Source: Dehalococcoidia bacterium (GTDB taxonomy: Bacteria; Chloroflexota; Dehalococcoidia; GIF9; AB-539-J10). Taken from it: a stretch of 61,166 bases of DNA. This document shows, piece by piece, positions 36,352 through 45,120 of the stretch. Positions within the stretch are counted from its first letter, which is position 1, and each line of letters opens with the position of its first letter. The stretch lies in the NCBI GenBank assembly GCA_009619075.1, contig WJOY01000039.1, forward strand, positions 1 through 61,166, given 5' to 3'. A program made the translations under genes and the position numbers. The notes under the pieces were generated by a model. It saw nothing but the letters and a program-made list of their open reading frames with translations, ran no database searches and had not been told where the DNA came from.

Positions 36352-37563
36352 ATGGCGCTACTTATAAGTAAGTTAGGAGGGGAGATAAAGCCCTCGGCGA
36401 CTCTTCGCTTAATGGAGGAGGTAAGCTCTCTAGAAAAAGAGTATGGCTTTAAAATTATAGATCTCACTTCTGGACAGCCAGATAGAGGTCCCACTGAAGA
36501 TGTTTTAGCAGCTCTTTTCGAGGGAGGCAAGCTCAGCAGATATGGACCGGTGCAAGGTGACCCCGAGTTAAGGGAAGTATTGTCGGGAGTAATAAATAAA
36601 GAAATTGGCGTGAGGTATGACCCCCAAGATATAGCAATTACCGTTGGGGCGAAAGGTGGCCTAGACATATTGATGAGGGTTTTACTTGAGCCAGGAGAGA
36701 GTATGGGGATTATGACTCCATTCTGGGTTACCTACCCCGAATCTGTGAAAATAGCCTATGGTATCCCTTGTTTTCTGTTGCCAGATGGAGGTCTGAGACC
36801 AAATCCAGAAAAATTACGGAGAGAAATAGAAGCTAAGAACATAAAGGTGTTGCTCTATAGCTCACCGTGCAATCCTTCGGGCGTTGTTTATACCAAGGAT
36901 GAGCTAGAGGAAATAGCCAAGATTGTGAAAGAAAAAGATATATGGGTTATAGCTGATGAAATTTACAATAAGTTTCTCTTTGACGGTAAAAAGCATGAGA
37001 GCATATTGTCAATCGAAGGCATGAGAGATAATGCCATATTGGTTGATGGCCCGTCTAAGAGACTTGGTGTTCCTGGTTGGAGATTGGGATATGTTGCTGG
37101 CCCCAGTGAAGTTATCAAAGCATTAACAAAATTGCAAGGGCATGTCAATTCTGGGACTTCGCGGCCGGCTCAATATGCTATGCGTGTCGCTTACACTAGC
37201 CAAAAGGCTAAGGAAGCTACTGATGACATGAGACAAAGATATGAAAGGAATAGAAATGTTTTTGTCAAGGGCTTGAATGAGATTGATGGCATTAGTTGCA
37301 TTAAGCCAGAAGGGGCATTTTACGCCTTTCCTAGCATCGATAATTTCTTTGGCTCCAAATATGAATTTGCCGGTAAGGAATTCGCGATAAGAAGTTCTGT
37401 AGATTTTCGCAATTTTTTGTTAAGAAAGGCACAAGTAGCTGGAGTTGAAGGTGCTCCATTTGGGATGGATAGCCATATTAGATTTTCCCTAGCAACCGGG
37501 GAAGAAAATATTGTAAATGCACTGAATTATATCAACCATGCGATGAAGGAGTTACACTTATAG
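36352..37563 (+). CDS. class I/II (aspartate-type) aminotransferase
   Basis: 403 aa; GPSKRLGVPGWRLGY motif. Confidence 0.85.
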   Translation: MALLISKLGGEIKPSATLRLMEEVSSLEKEYGFKIIDLTSGQPDRGPTEDVLAALFEGGKLSRYGPVQGDPELREVLSGVINKEIGVRYDPQDIAITVGAKGGLDILMRVLLEPGESMGIMTPFWVTYPESVKIAYGIPCFLLPDGGLRPNPEKLRREIEAKNIKVLLYSSPCNPSGVVYTKDELEEIAKIVKEKDIWVIADEIYNKFLFDGKKHESILSIEGMRDNAILVDGPSKRLGVPGWRLGYVAGPSEVIKALTKLQGHVNSGTSRPAQYAMRVAYTSQKAKEATDDMRQRYERNRNVFVKGLNEIDGISCIKPEGAFYAFPSIDNFFGSKYEFAGKEFAIRSSVDFRNFLLRKAQVAGVEGAPFGMDSHIRFSLATGEENIVNALNYINHAMKELHL

Positions 37564-37645
37564 CTTTTGCAGTCAGTAAAATTCCCAGTTTTGCTAACCT
37601 CCATCTTTATCAATCAATCTCTATTATGTTACACTTAATCTAGAT

Positions 37646-37719
37646 GTCCCTGTAGCTCAGCTGGATAGAGCGGCTGCCTTCTAAGCAGCGGGTCGTGGGT
37701 TCGAATCCCTCCAGGGACG
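37646..37719 (+). tRNA. tRNA-Arg(TCT)
   Basis: GTCCCTGTAGCTCAGCTGGATAGAGCGGCTGC-CTTCTAA-GCAGC...GGGTTCGAATCCCTCCAGGGACG. Confidence 0.9.
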
Positions 37720-37748
37720 CGGCAGATTTGAAAGGGGTTAGAAGAATA

Positions 37749-38537
37749 ATGGAAAATTCGTCAGTAAAAGAACTTCTGGAAGCGGGAGCTCACTTTGGTC
37801 ATCCGGCTAGCTATTGGCACCCTAAGATGAGAAAATATATCTTTACCCAGCGCAACGGAATACATATCATTGATTTAGAAAAGACAGTTACGATGTTAGA
37901 CGAGGCATGTGCCTTTGCCCGAGACCTAGCAGCCAGCGGGCAAATTATCCTCTTTGTCGGCACTAAGAAACAAGCCCAACAAGTGATAGAGGAAGAAGCT
38001 AAAAGATGTGCCATGCATTATGTCAATCAAAGGTGGCTTGGAGGAATGCTAACTAATTTTGCCACTATACAAGCTCGGATTGATTATCTGGTTCGTTTGG
38101 AAGATAAGAGAGAGAAAGGCGAGTTCGATCAGTTATCTAAGAAAGAAAGGGTGAAATTAGAAAAGAAAATCTTGAGGTTAAATGAACAAATGGGTGGTTT
38201 TAAGGAAATGACTGCTCTCCCTGGAGCTCTTTTCATCGCTGACCCTATTAAGGACAAAATTGCCTTTGCTGAGGCCAAAAAACTGGATATTCCTGTAATA
38301 GCCATCGCAGATACTAATTGTAATCCCGATAATATTGATTACCCCATCCCGGCTAACGATGATGCTATCAAAGCAATCAAACTAATTTGTGCCAGAATAG
38401 CTGATGCCATAATTGAAGGCAAAGGAATACAAGCTTCTGAAGAAGTAGAGGCTGCTGGCTTACCATCCGCCGAGACAGAAGAGCCCGTCGAAATTTTAGG
38501 TTCTTACACCTTTAATCCGGAGGAGGATCAACCCTAG
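37749..38537 (+). CDS. rpsB: 30S ribosomal protein S2
   Basis: ORF 37695..38537 trimmed to [18 protein letters not shown], because the upstream part overlaps tRNA-Arg. Confidence 0.95.
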   Translation: MENSSVKELLEAGAHFGHPASYWHPKMRKYIFTQRNGIHIIDLEKTVTMLDEACAFARDLAASGQIILFVGTKKQAQQVIEEEAKRCAMHYVNQRWLGGMLTNFATIQARIDYLVRLEDKREKGEFDQLSKKERVKLEKKILRLNEQMGGFKEMTALPGALFIADPIKDKIAFAEAKKLDIPVIAIADTNCNPDNIDYPIPANDDAIKAIKLICARIADAIIEGKGIQASEEVEAAGLPSAETEEPVEILGSYTFNPEEDQP

Positions 38538-38546
38538 GTTATTTGA

Positions 38547-39050
38547 ATGAGGGTATCAACCAAGGCTATTAAAGAGGTAAGAGGCAGAACTAAAGCTGGT
38601 ATACTTGAGTGTAAGGATGCTTTGCTAGAGGCAGGTGGAGATATAGAAAAGGCAGTCAAAGTTTTGAAATGTCGTGGGCGTGCAATTGCGGGAAAAAAGG
38701 CGGAGCGTATTGCCAATGAAGGAGTAATTGAAGCTTACGTCCATCACACTGGGCGGGTAGGAGCATTAGTAGAGCTAAACTGTGAAACTGATTTTGTGGC
38801 TCGCACGGATGAATTTAGACAGCTTGCTCACGACTTAGCCATGCAAGTAGCTGCTACATCTCCACAGTTTATCACCGCGGCAGAAATCCCAGCAGGGGCG
38901 GAGTTAGAGCCTCAAGAAGCTTGTCTCCTTCTCCAGCCCTTTATCAAAGAGTTCGATAAGACTGTAGAGGAAATTATCGCCGAAACAATAGCTAAAGTGG
39001 GCGAGAATATAAAGGTGCGCCAGTTTGCTAGATTTGAACTCGGCTGTTAG
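38547..39050 (+). CDS. tsf: elongation factor Ts (short form)
   Basis: 167 aa; [22 protein letters not shown]-like N-terminus. Confidence 0.9.
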   Translation: MRVSTKAIKEVRGRTKAGILECKDALLEAGGDIEKAVKVLKCRGRAIAGKKAERIANEGVIEAYVHHTGRVGALVELNCETDFVARTDEFRQLAHDLAMQVAATSPQFITAAEIPAGAELEPQEACLLLQPFIKEFDKTVEEIIAETIAKVGENIKVRQFARFELGC

Positions 39051-39084
39051 CTATTGGCGTTCTTGTCTTTACTGATAACCGATC

Positions 39085-39642
39085 ATGGTAGAAGAAATAC
39101 TTATCGAACTGAATTCAAAAATGCAAAAGGCTGTTGATGGCTTAGCCCGCGAGTTAACTATTATCCGCACTGGACGAGCTAACCCAGCGATAGTTGAGAA
39201 TATTATGGTTGATTATCACGGCGCGCTTATTCCCATCCACCAGATTGCCACTATATCTGTGCCTGAGGCTAATTTAATTGTTATCCAACCTTGGGATCGT
39301 ACCTCATTACGTAATATCGAGAAAGCTATTCTTAAAGCTGATATTGGCCTTAATCCTCTAAATGACAGCAATGTAATTCGGGTGGTTATTCCTCCCCTAA
39401 GTGAGGAACGTCGCATAAAGCTAGCCAAATTGGTGTCTAAAAGAATAGAGGAGCGGCGAGTAGTATTACGCAATATAAGGCGAGACAGCATCGCAAAATT
39501 AAGACAAATGGAGAAAAATAAGGAAATATCACAAGACAAGCTTGAGAATTCTATTAAACAAGTCGATAAGATTAGCGAGAGCTTTATAAACAAAGCAAAC
39601 GAAATAGGTCAGAAAAAGGAAAAGGAGATAAGGGAAGAATAA
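39085..39642 (+). CDS. frr: ribosome recycling factor
   Basis: 185 aa; LTIIRTGRANPAIVENI and PPLSEERR motifs. Confidence 0.95.
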   Translation: MVEEILIELNSKMQKAVDGLARELTIIRTGRANPAIVENIMVDYHGALIPIHQIATISVPEANLIVIQPWDRTSLRNIEKAILKADIGLNPLNDSNVIRVVIPPLSEERRIKLAKLVSKRIEERRVVLRNIRRDSIAKLRQMEKNKEISQDKLENSIKQVDKISESFINKANEIGQKKEKEIREE

Positions 39643-39676
39643 TCTACAGCGGCATGAAAGCTGATAAAATTGACTT

Positions 39677-40477
39677 ATGCTTAAGCAAAGGATTTTCACT
39701 GCTGCTGTAGGTGTACCTCTCATCATTCTCGCTGTTTGGTTTGGCGATCCTTGGTTTAGCCTTCTTATCGCTGCCGTAGTATTGCTCGGCACCTTTGAGT
39801 TTTATCACACGTCTACTGACCTCACTAAGAGGCATCCCTTAACTTATTTTGGCTTGTCATGGGCACTGGTACTCGCCCTGAGTCCTCACTATGCAAATAT
39901 ATTACCTATAGTTATGACAGCCGCTGTGGTGATTTCTCTAGTCTGGCTGTTACGACTCTCACCTCAGAAGAAAGCATTCTATGATTGGGCTTGGCTAGTA
40001 GCTGGCGTTCTTTATGTAGGGTGGATGCTCAGTTACTGGGTCAACTTGCGCATTTTAGAAGATGGGAAAGGTTGGGTTTACTTGGCACTACTCACTACGT
40101 TTGCCAATGACACGGGCGCCTTTTTTGTTGGAAGAGCATGGGGCAAGCACAAGCTAGCCTCTGCTATAAGCCCAGGTAAAACTTGGGAAGGAGCCTTGGG
40201 TGGCTTCGTAAGCGCTATTATAGTTGCTGTAGCAATATCCAAGATTCCTGTCTTCTTTTCTCATTCACTCCTTGAATACTGGCAAGCCATGCTCCTAGGC
40301 TGCCTTATTAGCCTCTTTGCTCAACTTGGTGACCTGGTTGAATCTTTGCTCAAACGTAACATGGGGGTGAAAGAGTCAGGTAAGCTGTTGCCAGGGCATG
40401 GTGGTATTCTTGACCGTTTTGACAGCCTTATTTTTGTCGGGGCAATGGTATACTATTATGTAATATGGACCGTATAA
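39677..40477 (+). CDS. cdsA: phosphatidate cytidylyltransferase
   Basis: 266 aa; SLLKRNMGVKESGKLLPGHGGILDRFDS signature. Confidence 0.9.
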   Translation: MLKQRIFTAAVGVPLIILAVWFGDPWFSLLIAAVVLLGTFEFYHTSTDLTKRHPLTYFGLSWALVLALSPHYANILPIVMTAAVVISLVWLLRLSPQKKAFYDWAWLVAGVLYVGWMLSYWVNLRILEDGKGWVYLALLTTFANDTGAFFVGRAWGKHKLASAISPGKTWEGALGGFVSAIIVAVAISKIPVFFSHSLLEYWQAMLLGCLISLFAQLGDLVESLLKRNMGVKESGKLLPGHGGILDRFDSLIFVGAMVYYYVIWTV

Positions 40478-41724
40478 AGAAAATAGCTATTTTAGGTTCA
40501 ACGGGTTCCATAGGGCGGCAAGCTCTAGATGTGATACGTGCCCTTTCTGCTAGATTCCAGGTGGTAGGTTTAGCTGGGGGTAAAAATCTCAAGCTTCTGG
40601 AAAAGCAAATAGCCAAATTTCAACCTGAGATGTTTTATTCCTCAGTCGAGCCTGACTTTACCTATAGAGGGGAATTCTTATCCATGGAACAAATAGCCAG
40701 CCATCCAGATGTTGATCTGGTCATCATAGCCACTTCAAGCAAAGCAGGGTTGTATCCTACTTTAGCAGCTCTAAAGGCAGGCAAAACAGTAGCTTTAGCC
40801 AACAAGGAAGTATTGATGATGGCGGGGGAAATTATCGTTCGTGAGGCTAAAAGCTACCAAGCTCAAATTCTGCCTATTGATAGTGAGCTTAGTGCTATCT
40901 GGCAATGCTTGCAAGGGGAGGAAAATAAACCACAAAGAATTTTTTTAACTGCTTCTGGTGGACCTTTCTACCACTATTCCCAGCCGGAATTAAGAAAAGT
41001 AACGGTAGAGCAAGCCCTTCATCACCCTACCTGGAAAATGGGGAGGAAGATCACTATTGACTCGGCCACGCTTCTGAATAAAGGAGCAGAGGCTATTGAA
41101 GCTCATTGGCTTTTCGCTATTCCTTTTGAGAGCATTGAGATATTAATTCATCCACAAAGTATCATTCACTCCATGGTAGAGTTTATGGACGGTTCAATAA
41201 AAGCGCAGCTCAGCTTTCCCGATATGAGGTTGCCCATCCAATATGCCCTTTGTTATCCTGAGAGGTTGCCCAATTCAGAGCTACCACGCCTCAACTGGAA
41301 CAAAATCCAGTCTCTAAACTTCGAGCCCGTAGAGCAAAACAGATTTCCTTGTCTTAAATTGGCGCTGGATGCAGGTAAGCAAGGAGGAACTTATCCTGCA
41401 GTGCTTTGTGCTGCCGATGAAGTGGCCGTAGGGTTTTTTCTTAACAAGCGTATAAGCTTTACTGATATAGCTAGAATAGTGCAAGAAACTTTGGAACAGC
41501 ATCGGGGCATTGCTCAGCCATCCTTGGAAGAAATTCTAATTGCCGATGCCTGGGCAAGGGAATATGTTGAGCGACTTTCCCTTTGTCATGGCAAGGCTTG
41601 TCCTGCCCCCGAGCCCTTCGCTTCCTGTCATTCTGAGGGGGCGAAGCGACCGAAGAATCTCGCTCAGGGTAAACTCCGCGAAGGGGAGGGAACTCGACGA
41701 AGCAATCTCAGGTCAGTGAGATAA
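40465..41724 (+). CDS. dxr: 1-deoxy-D-xylulose 5-phosphate reductoisomerase with repeat-encoded C-terminal extension
   Basis: 419 aa; ILGSTGSIG, LANKE, HPTWKMG motifs; the last ~45 aa (CHGKACPAPEPFASCHSEGAKRPKNLAQGKLREGEGTRRSNLRSVR) come from repeats. Confidence 0.9.
   Translation: MDRIKKIAILGSTGSIGRQALDVIRALSARFQVVGLAGGKNLKLLEKQIAKFQPEMFYSSVEPDFTYRGEFLSMEQIASHPDVDLVIIATSSKAGLYPTLAALKAGKTVALANKEVLMMAGEIIVREAKSYQAQILPIDSELSAIWQCLQGEENKPQRIFLTASGGPFYHYSQPELRKVTVEQALHHPTWKMGRKITIDSATLLNKGAEAIEAHWLFAIPFESIEILIHPQSIIHSMVEFMDGSIKAQLSFPDMRLPIQYALCYPERLPNSELPRLNWNKIQSLNFEPVEQNRFPCLKLALDAGKQGGTYPAVLCAADEVAVGFFLNKRISFTDIARIVQETLEQHRGIAQPSLEEILIADAWAREYVERLSLCHGKACPAPEPFASCHSEGAKRPKNLAQGKLREGEGTRRSNLRSVR
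41585..41709 (+). repeat. composite hairpin-repeat cluster at the dxr-rseP junction
   Basis: ...GAGCCCTTCGCTTCCT GTCATTCTGAGGGGGCGAAGCGACCGAAGAATCTC GCTCAGGGTAAACTCCGCGAAGG...CGACGAAGCAATCTC. Confidence 0.9.
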
Positions 41725-41727
41725 GAG

Positions 41728-43026
41728 ATGAACATTGCCATAGTTATTATTCTTTTTATTTTGACTCTGTTCGTTGTAATCTCCCTTCATGAACTGGGGC
41801 ATTTTATCACTGCTAAGCGCGCTGGGGTGAAGGTAGAGGAGTTTGCTTTAGGTTTTCCTCCACGGCTTTTTGGTATTAAACACGGAGAGACGCTATATTC
41901 AGTTAATGCTATACCCTTAGGAGCTTTCGTCAGGTGCACTGGCGAAAATGACCCTACAGTGCCCCGGAGCTTGGCTAGCAAAGGTCCGTGGAGCAGGTTA
42001 GCATTCTATGCTGCCGGCCCATTAGTCAACATTTTTCTGGCTTTTATCTTGCTTAGTGCCTTCTTTACGCTACCTACAAGTGGGATAGTTGGTAATGGGG
42101 TTATGGTGCACTCCATAGTAGAGGGCTCACCGGCGGAAGTAGGTATCGAGCCTGGGGATGTAATTCTGGAAGTGAATAGGCAGCTTGTTTATAAATGGGG
42201 AGATATACAAAATATGGTTAATTCAAGCAAAGAAGGTGAGGAAATAACCTTGCTTCTGCAAAGGGATGGGAGCCAGAGTGAAACCAGTTTGAAGCCAGAA
42301 TACGACCCGGCATTAGAGCAGCGAGTAATAGGTGTCCTGCTTTGTTGGAATATAGTGAATCAAGTGGAGGAAGGTTCACCAGTGGATGAGGCTGGTATTA
42401 TGCCTGGAGACACCATTTTAAGCATTAATGGGCAAGCTATATATAACGGTGAAAGCATGTCACGCGCCCTAGCTTCTATTGCAGAGGGAGAGAAAATACA
42501 CATAGCTTTACTTAGAGGACAGGAAGAAATCATTAAAGAGTTTGATTCTGCCCGACAGGTGACGGGTATTAATTTACGCTGGGTGGATGGAGTTCGTATT
42601 GAGCAGGGGCGACTTCCTGTATGGAAGGCAGCCTACTTAGGAGGCTGGTATATTACCCATATGCCTGAGCTGATAGTCGCTTCCATTCCCTTAATCAAAG
42701 AAGATCCTGGCAAGGCATTAGTAGGGCCAATAGGTGCCGGTCAGTTAACTGTAGAAGCAGTGAAATCTGCTGGCTTCAACTTTATGCTGTTTATGGCGGG
42801 CATCATTAGTTTGGGGCTTGCCTTATTCAATTTCTTCCCTATCCCTCCTTTAGACGGGGGGGGAATGCTAGTGGCACTTATTGAGGGAGTTAGGCGTGGG
42901 AAACGTCTCTCTCCTCGTGCTATGCGCTTGGCCTATACTATAGGCACTACTTTTTTAATCACGCTGATGGTTTTGGTAACCATTAATGATATCTTGCGCC
43001 TGAAAGGCGGGGGCTTTGGATTATGA
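41728..43026 (+). CDS. rseP: RIP (site-2) metalloprotease
   Basis: 432 aa; HELGHF zinc motif, PDZ-like segments, C-terminal NFFPIPPLDGG. Confidence 0.9.
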   Translation: MNIAIVIILFILTLFVVISLHELGHFITAKRAGVKVEEFALGFPPRLFGIKHGETLYSVNAIPLGAFVRCTGENDPTVPRSLASKGPWSRLAFYAAGPLVNIFLAFILLSAFFTLPTSGIVGNGVMVHSIVEGSPAEVGIEPGDVILEVNRQLVYKWGDIQNMVNSSKEGEEITLLLQRDGSQSETSLKPEYDPALEQRVIGVLLCWNIVNQVEEGSPVDEAGIMPGDTILSINGQAIYNGESMSRALASIAEGEKIHIALLRGQEEIIKEFDSARQVTGINLRWVDGVRIEQGRLPVWKAAYLGGWYITHMPELIVASIPLIKEDPGKALVGPIGAGQLTVEAVKSAGFNFMLFMAGIISLGLALFNFFPIPPLDGGGMLVALIEGVRRGKRLSPRAMRLAYTIGTTFLITLMVLVTINDILRLKGGGFGL

Positions 43027-44066
43027 CACGCCGCGTTTCTAAACCTGTGAGAATTGGCAGAGTAACTGTTGGCGGCGATGCCCCAGTTGTGGTGCAATCG
43101 ATGACCAAAACTGACACTCGTGATGTCTCAAGCACGATGAATCAAATTAAGCAGCTGGAGGATTGTGGTTGCGAACTAGTGCGGCTAGCAGTTCTAGATA
43201 AGGAAGCGGCGGAAAGCATTTCAGTGATAAAGAAGAGTGTTTCGCTACCTCTTATTGCTGATATTCACTTTGACTATCGTTTGGCTTTAGCTGCTCTGCA
43301 GGCTGGTGCCGATGGGCTTCGCCTTAATCCAGGCAATATTCGCGATAAAGAGCAAATCGCCAAGGTGGTAGCTGTGGCTAAAGAAAGGGAAATACCCATC
43401 CGAGTTGGAGTAAATGCCGGTAGTTTACCAGCGAACTTTGAGCTTGATGCTCCGCTATCTGAGCGGATGGTTAACATGGCATTGCAACAAATAAAGCTTT
43501 TGCAGAGCCTGGACTTTAATTTAATTAAGGTTTCTCTTAAAGCCTTTGATGTGTCCACTACCATTCAGGCTTACCAGCTAATTGCTGACAAAATACCTTA
43601 TCCTTTACACTTAGGTATCACTGAAGCGGGGCTTCCTCGATTTGGAGCTATACGCAGTGCTGTAGGCATTGGCATACTTCTTTATCAGGGCATTGGTGAC
43701 ACTATCCGTGTTTCTCTTACTGCTCACCCATGTGAGGAGGTATTTGTCGCCTATGAAATTCTAAAAAGCCTTGGACTTCGTCAGCGAGGGCCAACCTTGG
43801 TAAGCTGTCCTTCCTGCGGTCGAGCTGAAGTTGATGTTGTTACCCTGGCTGAAGCCGTGGACAAACATCTTCAAAAGATAACCAAGGCTATTAAAGTGGC
43901 AGTTATGGGTTGTGTGGTTAATGGTCCTGGCGAGGCTAGAGATGCTGATGTAGGCATTGCTTGCGGCAAGGGGAAAGGTGCTATATTTAGGAAGGGAAAG
44001 GTAGTAAGCACAGTAAAGGAGGAAAATTTCCTAGAAGCTTTAATGGCAGAAGTAGGAAAGGTCTAA
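43023..44066 (+). CDS. ispG: 4-hydroxy-3-methylbut-2-enyl diphosphate synthase
   Basis: 347 aa; SCPSCGR and GCVVNGPGEA motifs. Confidence 0.95.
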   Translation: MTRRVSKPVRIGRVTVGGDAPVVVQSMTKTDTRDVSSTMNQIKQLEDCGCELVRLAVLDKEAAESISVIKKSVSLPLIADIHFDYRLALAALQAGADGLRLNPGNIRDKEQIAKVVAVAKEREIPIRVGVNAGSLPANFELDAPLSERMVNMALQQIKLLQSLDFNLIKVSLKAFDVSTTIQAYQLIADKIPYPLHLGITEAGLPRFGAIRSAVGIGILLYQGIGDTIRVSLTAHPCEEVFVAYEILKSLGLRQRGPTLVSCPSCGRAEVDVVTLAEAVDKHLQKITKAIKVAVMGCVVNGPGEARDADVGIACGKGKGAIFRKGKVVSTVKEENFLEALMAEVGKV

Positions 44067-44068
44067 CT

Positions 44069-45103
44069 ATGGCAGAAGAAAAGGAAAAGCCGCTTACCCG
44101 TGATGATTTGCTGAAGCTAATAGAAGAAAACGGAGGAACAGCCGAAGGTCTTGACCTTTCAGAACAGACTTTTGTGGAAGCGATAGACCTTTCGGACTTA
44201 GACCTTCACGGGATTATCCTTAAGGATGCAAGATTTTCTACGCACTTTGAGGGTGACCAATTGTTGGGAGCTAAATTTGACGGGTCTAACCTTAATGGAG
44301 CCGACCTTCGTAGCATTAACCTTCAATATGCTCAGTTTAGAATGCTCAACAACCAACCCACATATTTACAAGCTGCTGACCTGAGAGGTTCACTCTTGTT
44401 AAATACTAATTTTCAAGGTGCAGACGTTACAGGCGTGAAATTTGGAGATCTAGCAAAAGCAGGAGGATATCTGGCAGCAATGTTGGATGATACTGACCTG
44501 CGGGGTGCAAAGCTATTTCGTGCAAACTTTAAGGGCTGCTATTTTTACAGCACTAAACTTGAGGGGGCCTTTATTCGTGGTGCTGATATTTTTGACGCTC
44601 ATTTGGAGGAAGCTGATTGGGGCAACTGTGTGATTGGGGAGGAGAAACGTGGCGACTTTTCCTCGGCAATGAACATCTATCGCTGTCTCAAGCAATGGTA
44701 TACCAATGCTGGTATGTATGATATTGCAGGTAAGTTTTTCTTTCGGGAGATGACAGCCCGAAGAAAGGCGCTAAAATGGCGGCCTAATCCCTTGCCGAGA
44801 ATCAGACAAACACTTTATGGACTTCTCTGCGGATATGGCGAAAAACCATGGCAGGTCTTCGCAAGCGCCACAGTGGTTCTATTCTGCTTAGCACTCGTCT
44901 ATTTCGCCATCGGAACTCTGACGCCTAACACTTTTTTGAACAGCCTTTACTACAGTGCCGTCTCTTTTACTGCTTTGGGCTATGGTAGTTGGGCACCACA
45001 GCCAACAGGCTGGGTAAAGGGGCTTGGAGCGGTTGAAGCCTTCCTGGGGGTTTTTATGATGGCATTATTCTTAGTGACTTTCATTAGGAAAATGACAAGA
45101 TGA
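44069..45103 (+). CDS. pentapeptide-repeat protein fused to a two-TM pore-loop channel-like domain
   Basis: 344 aa; A(D/N)LxG-type repeats over ~150 aa, then two TM helices flanking SFTALGYGSW (filter-like GYG). Confidence 0.7.
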   Translation: MAEEKEKPLTRDDLLKLIEENGGTAEGLDLSEQTFVEAIDLSDLDLHGIILKDARFSTHFEGDQLLGAKFDGSNLNGADLRSINLQYAQFRMLNNQPTYLQAADLRGSLLLNTNFQGADVTGVKFGDLAKAGGYLAAMLDDTDLRGAKLFRANFKGCYFYSTKLEGAFIRGADIFDAHLEEADWGNCVIGEEKRGDFSSAMNIYRCLKQWYTNAGMYDIAGKFFFREMTARRKALKWRPNPLPRIRQTLYGLLCGYGEKPWQVFASATVVLFCLALVYFAIGTLTPNTFLNSLYYSAVSFTALGYGSWAPQPTGWVKGLGAVEAFLGVFMMALFLVTFIRKMTR

Positions 45104-45120
45104 TTAGAGGTTAATTAAAA

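Noticed and set aside
36315-36668. 117-aa minus-strand ORF
   Set aside because: It is antisense to the 5' part of the well-supported aminotransferase gene.
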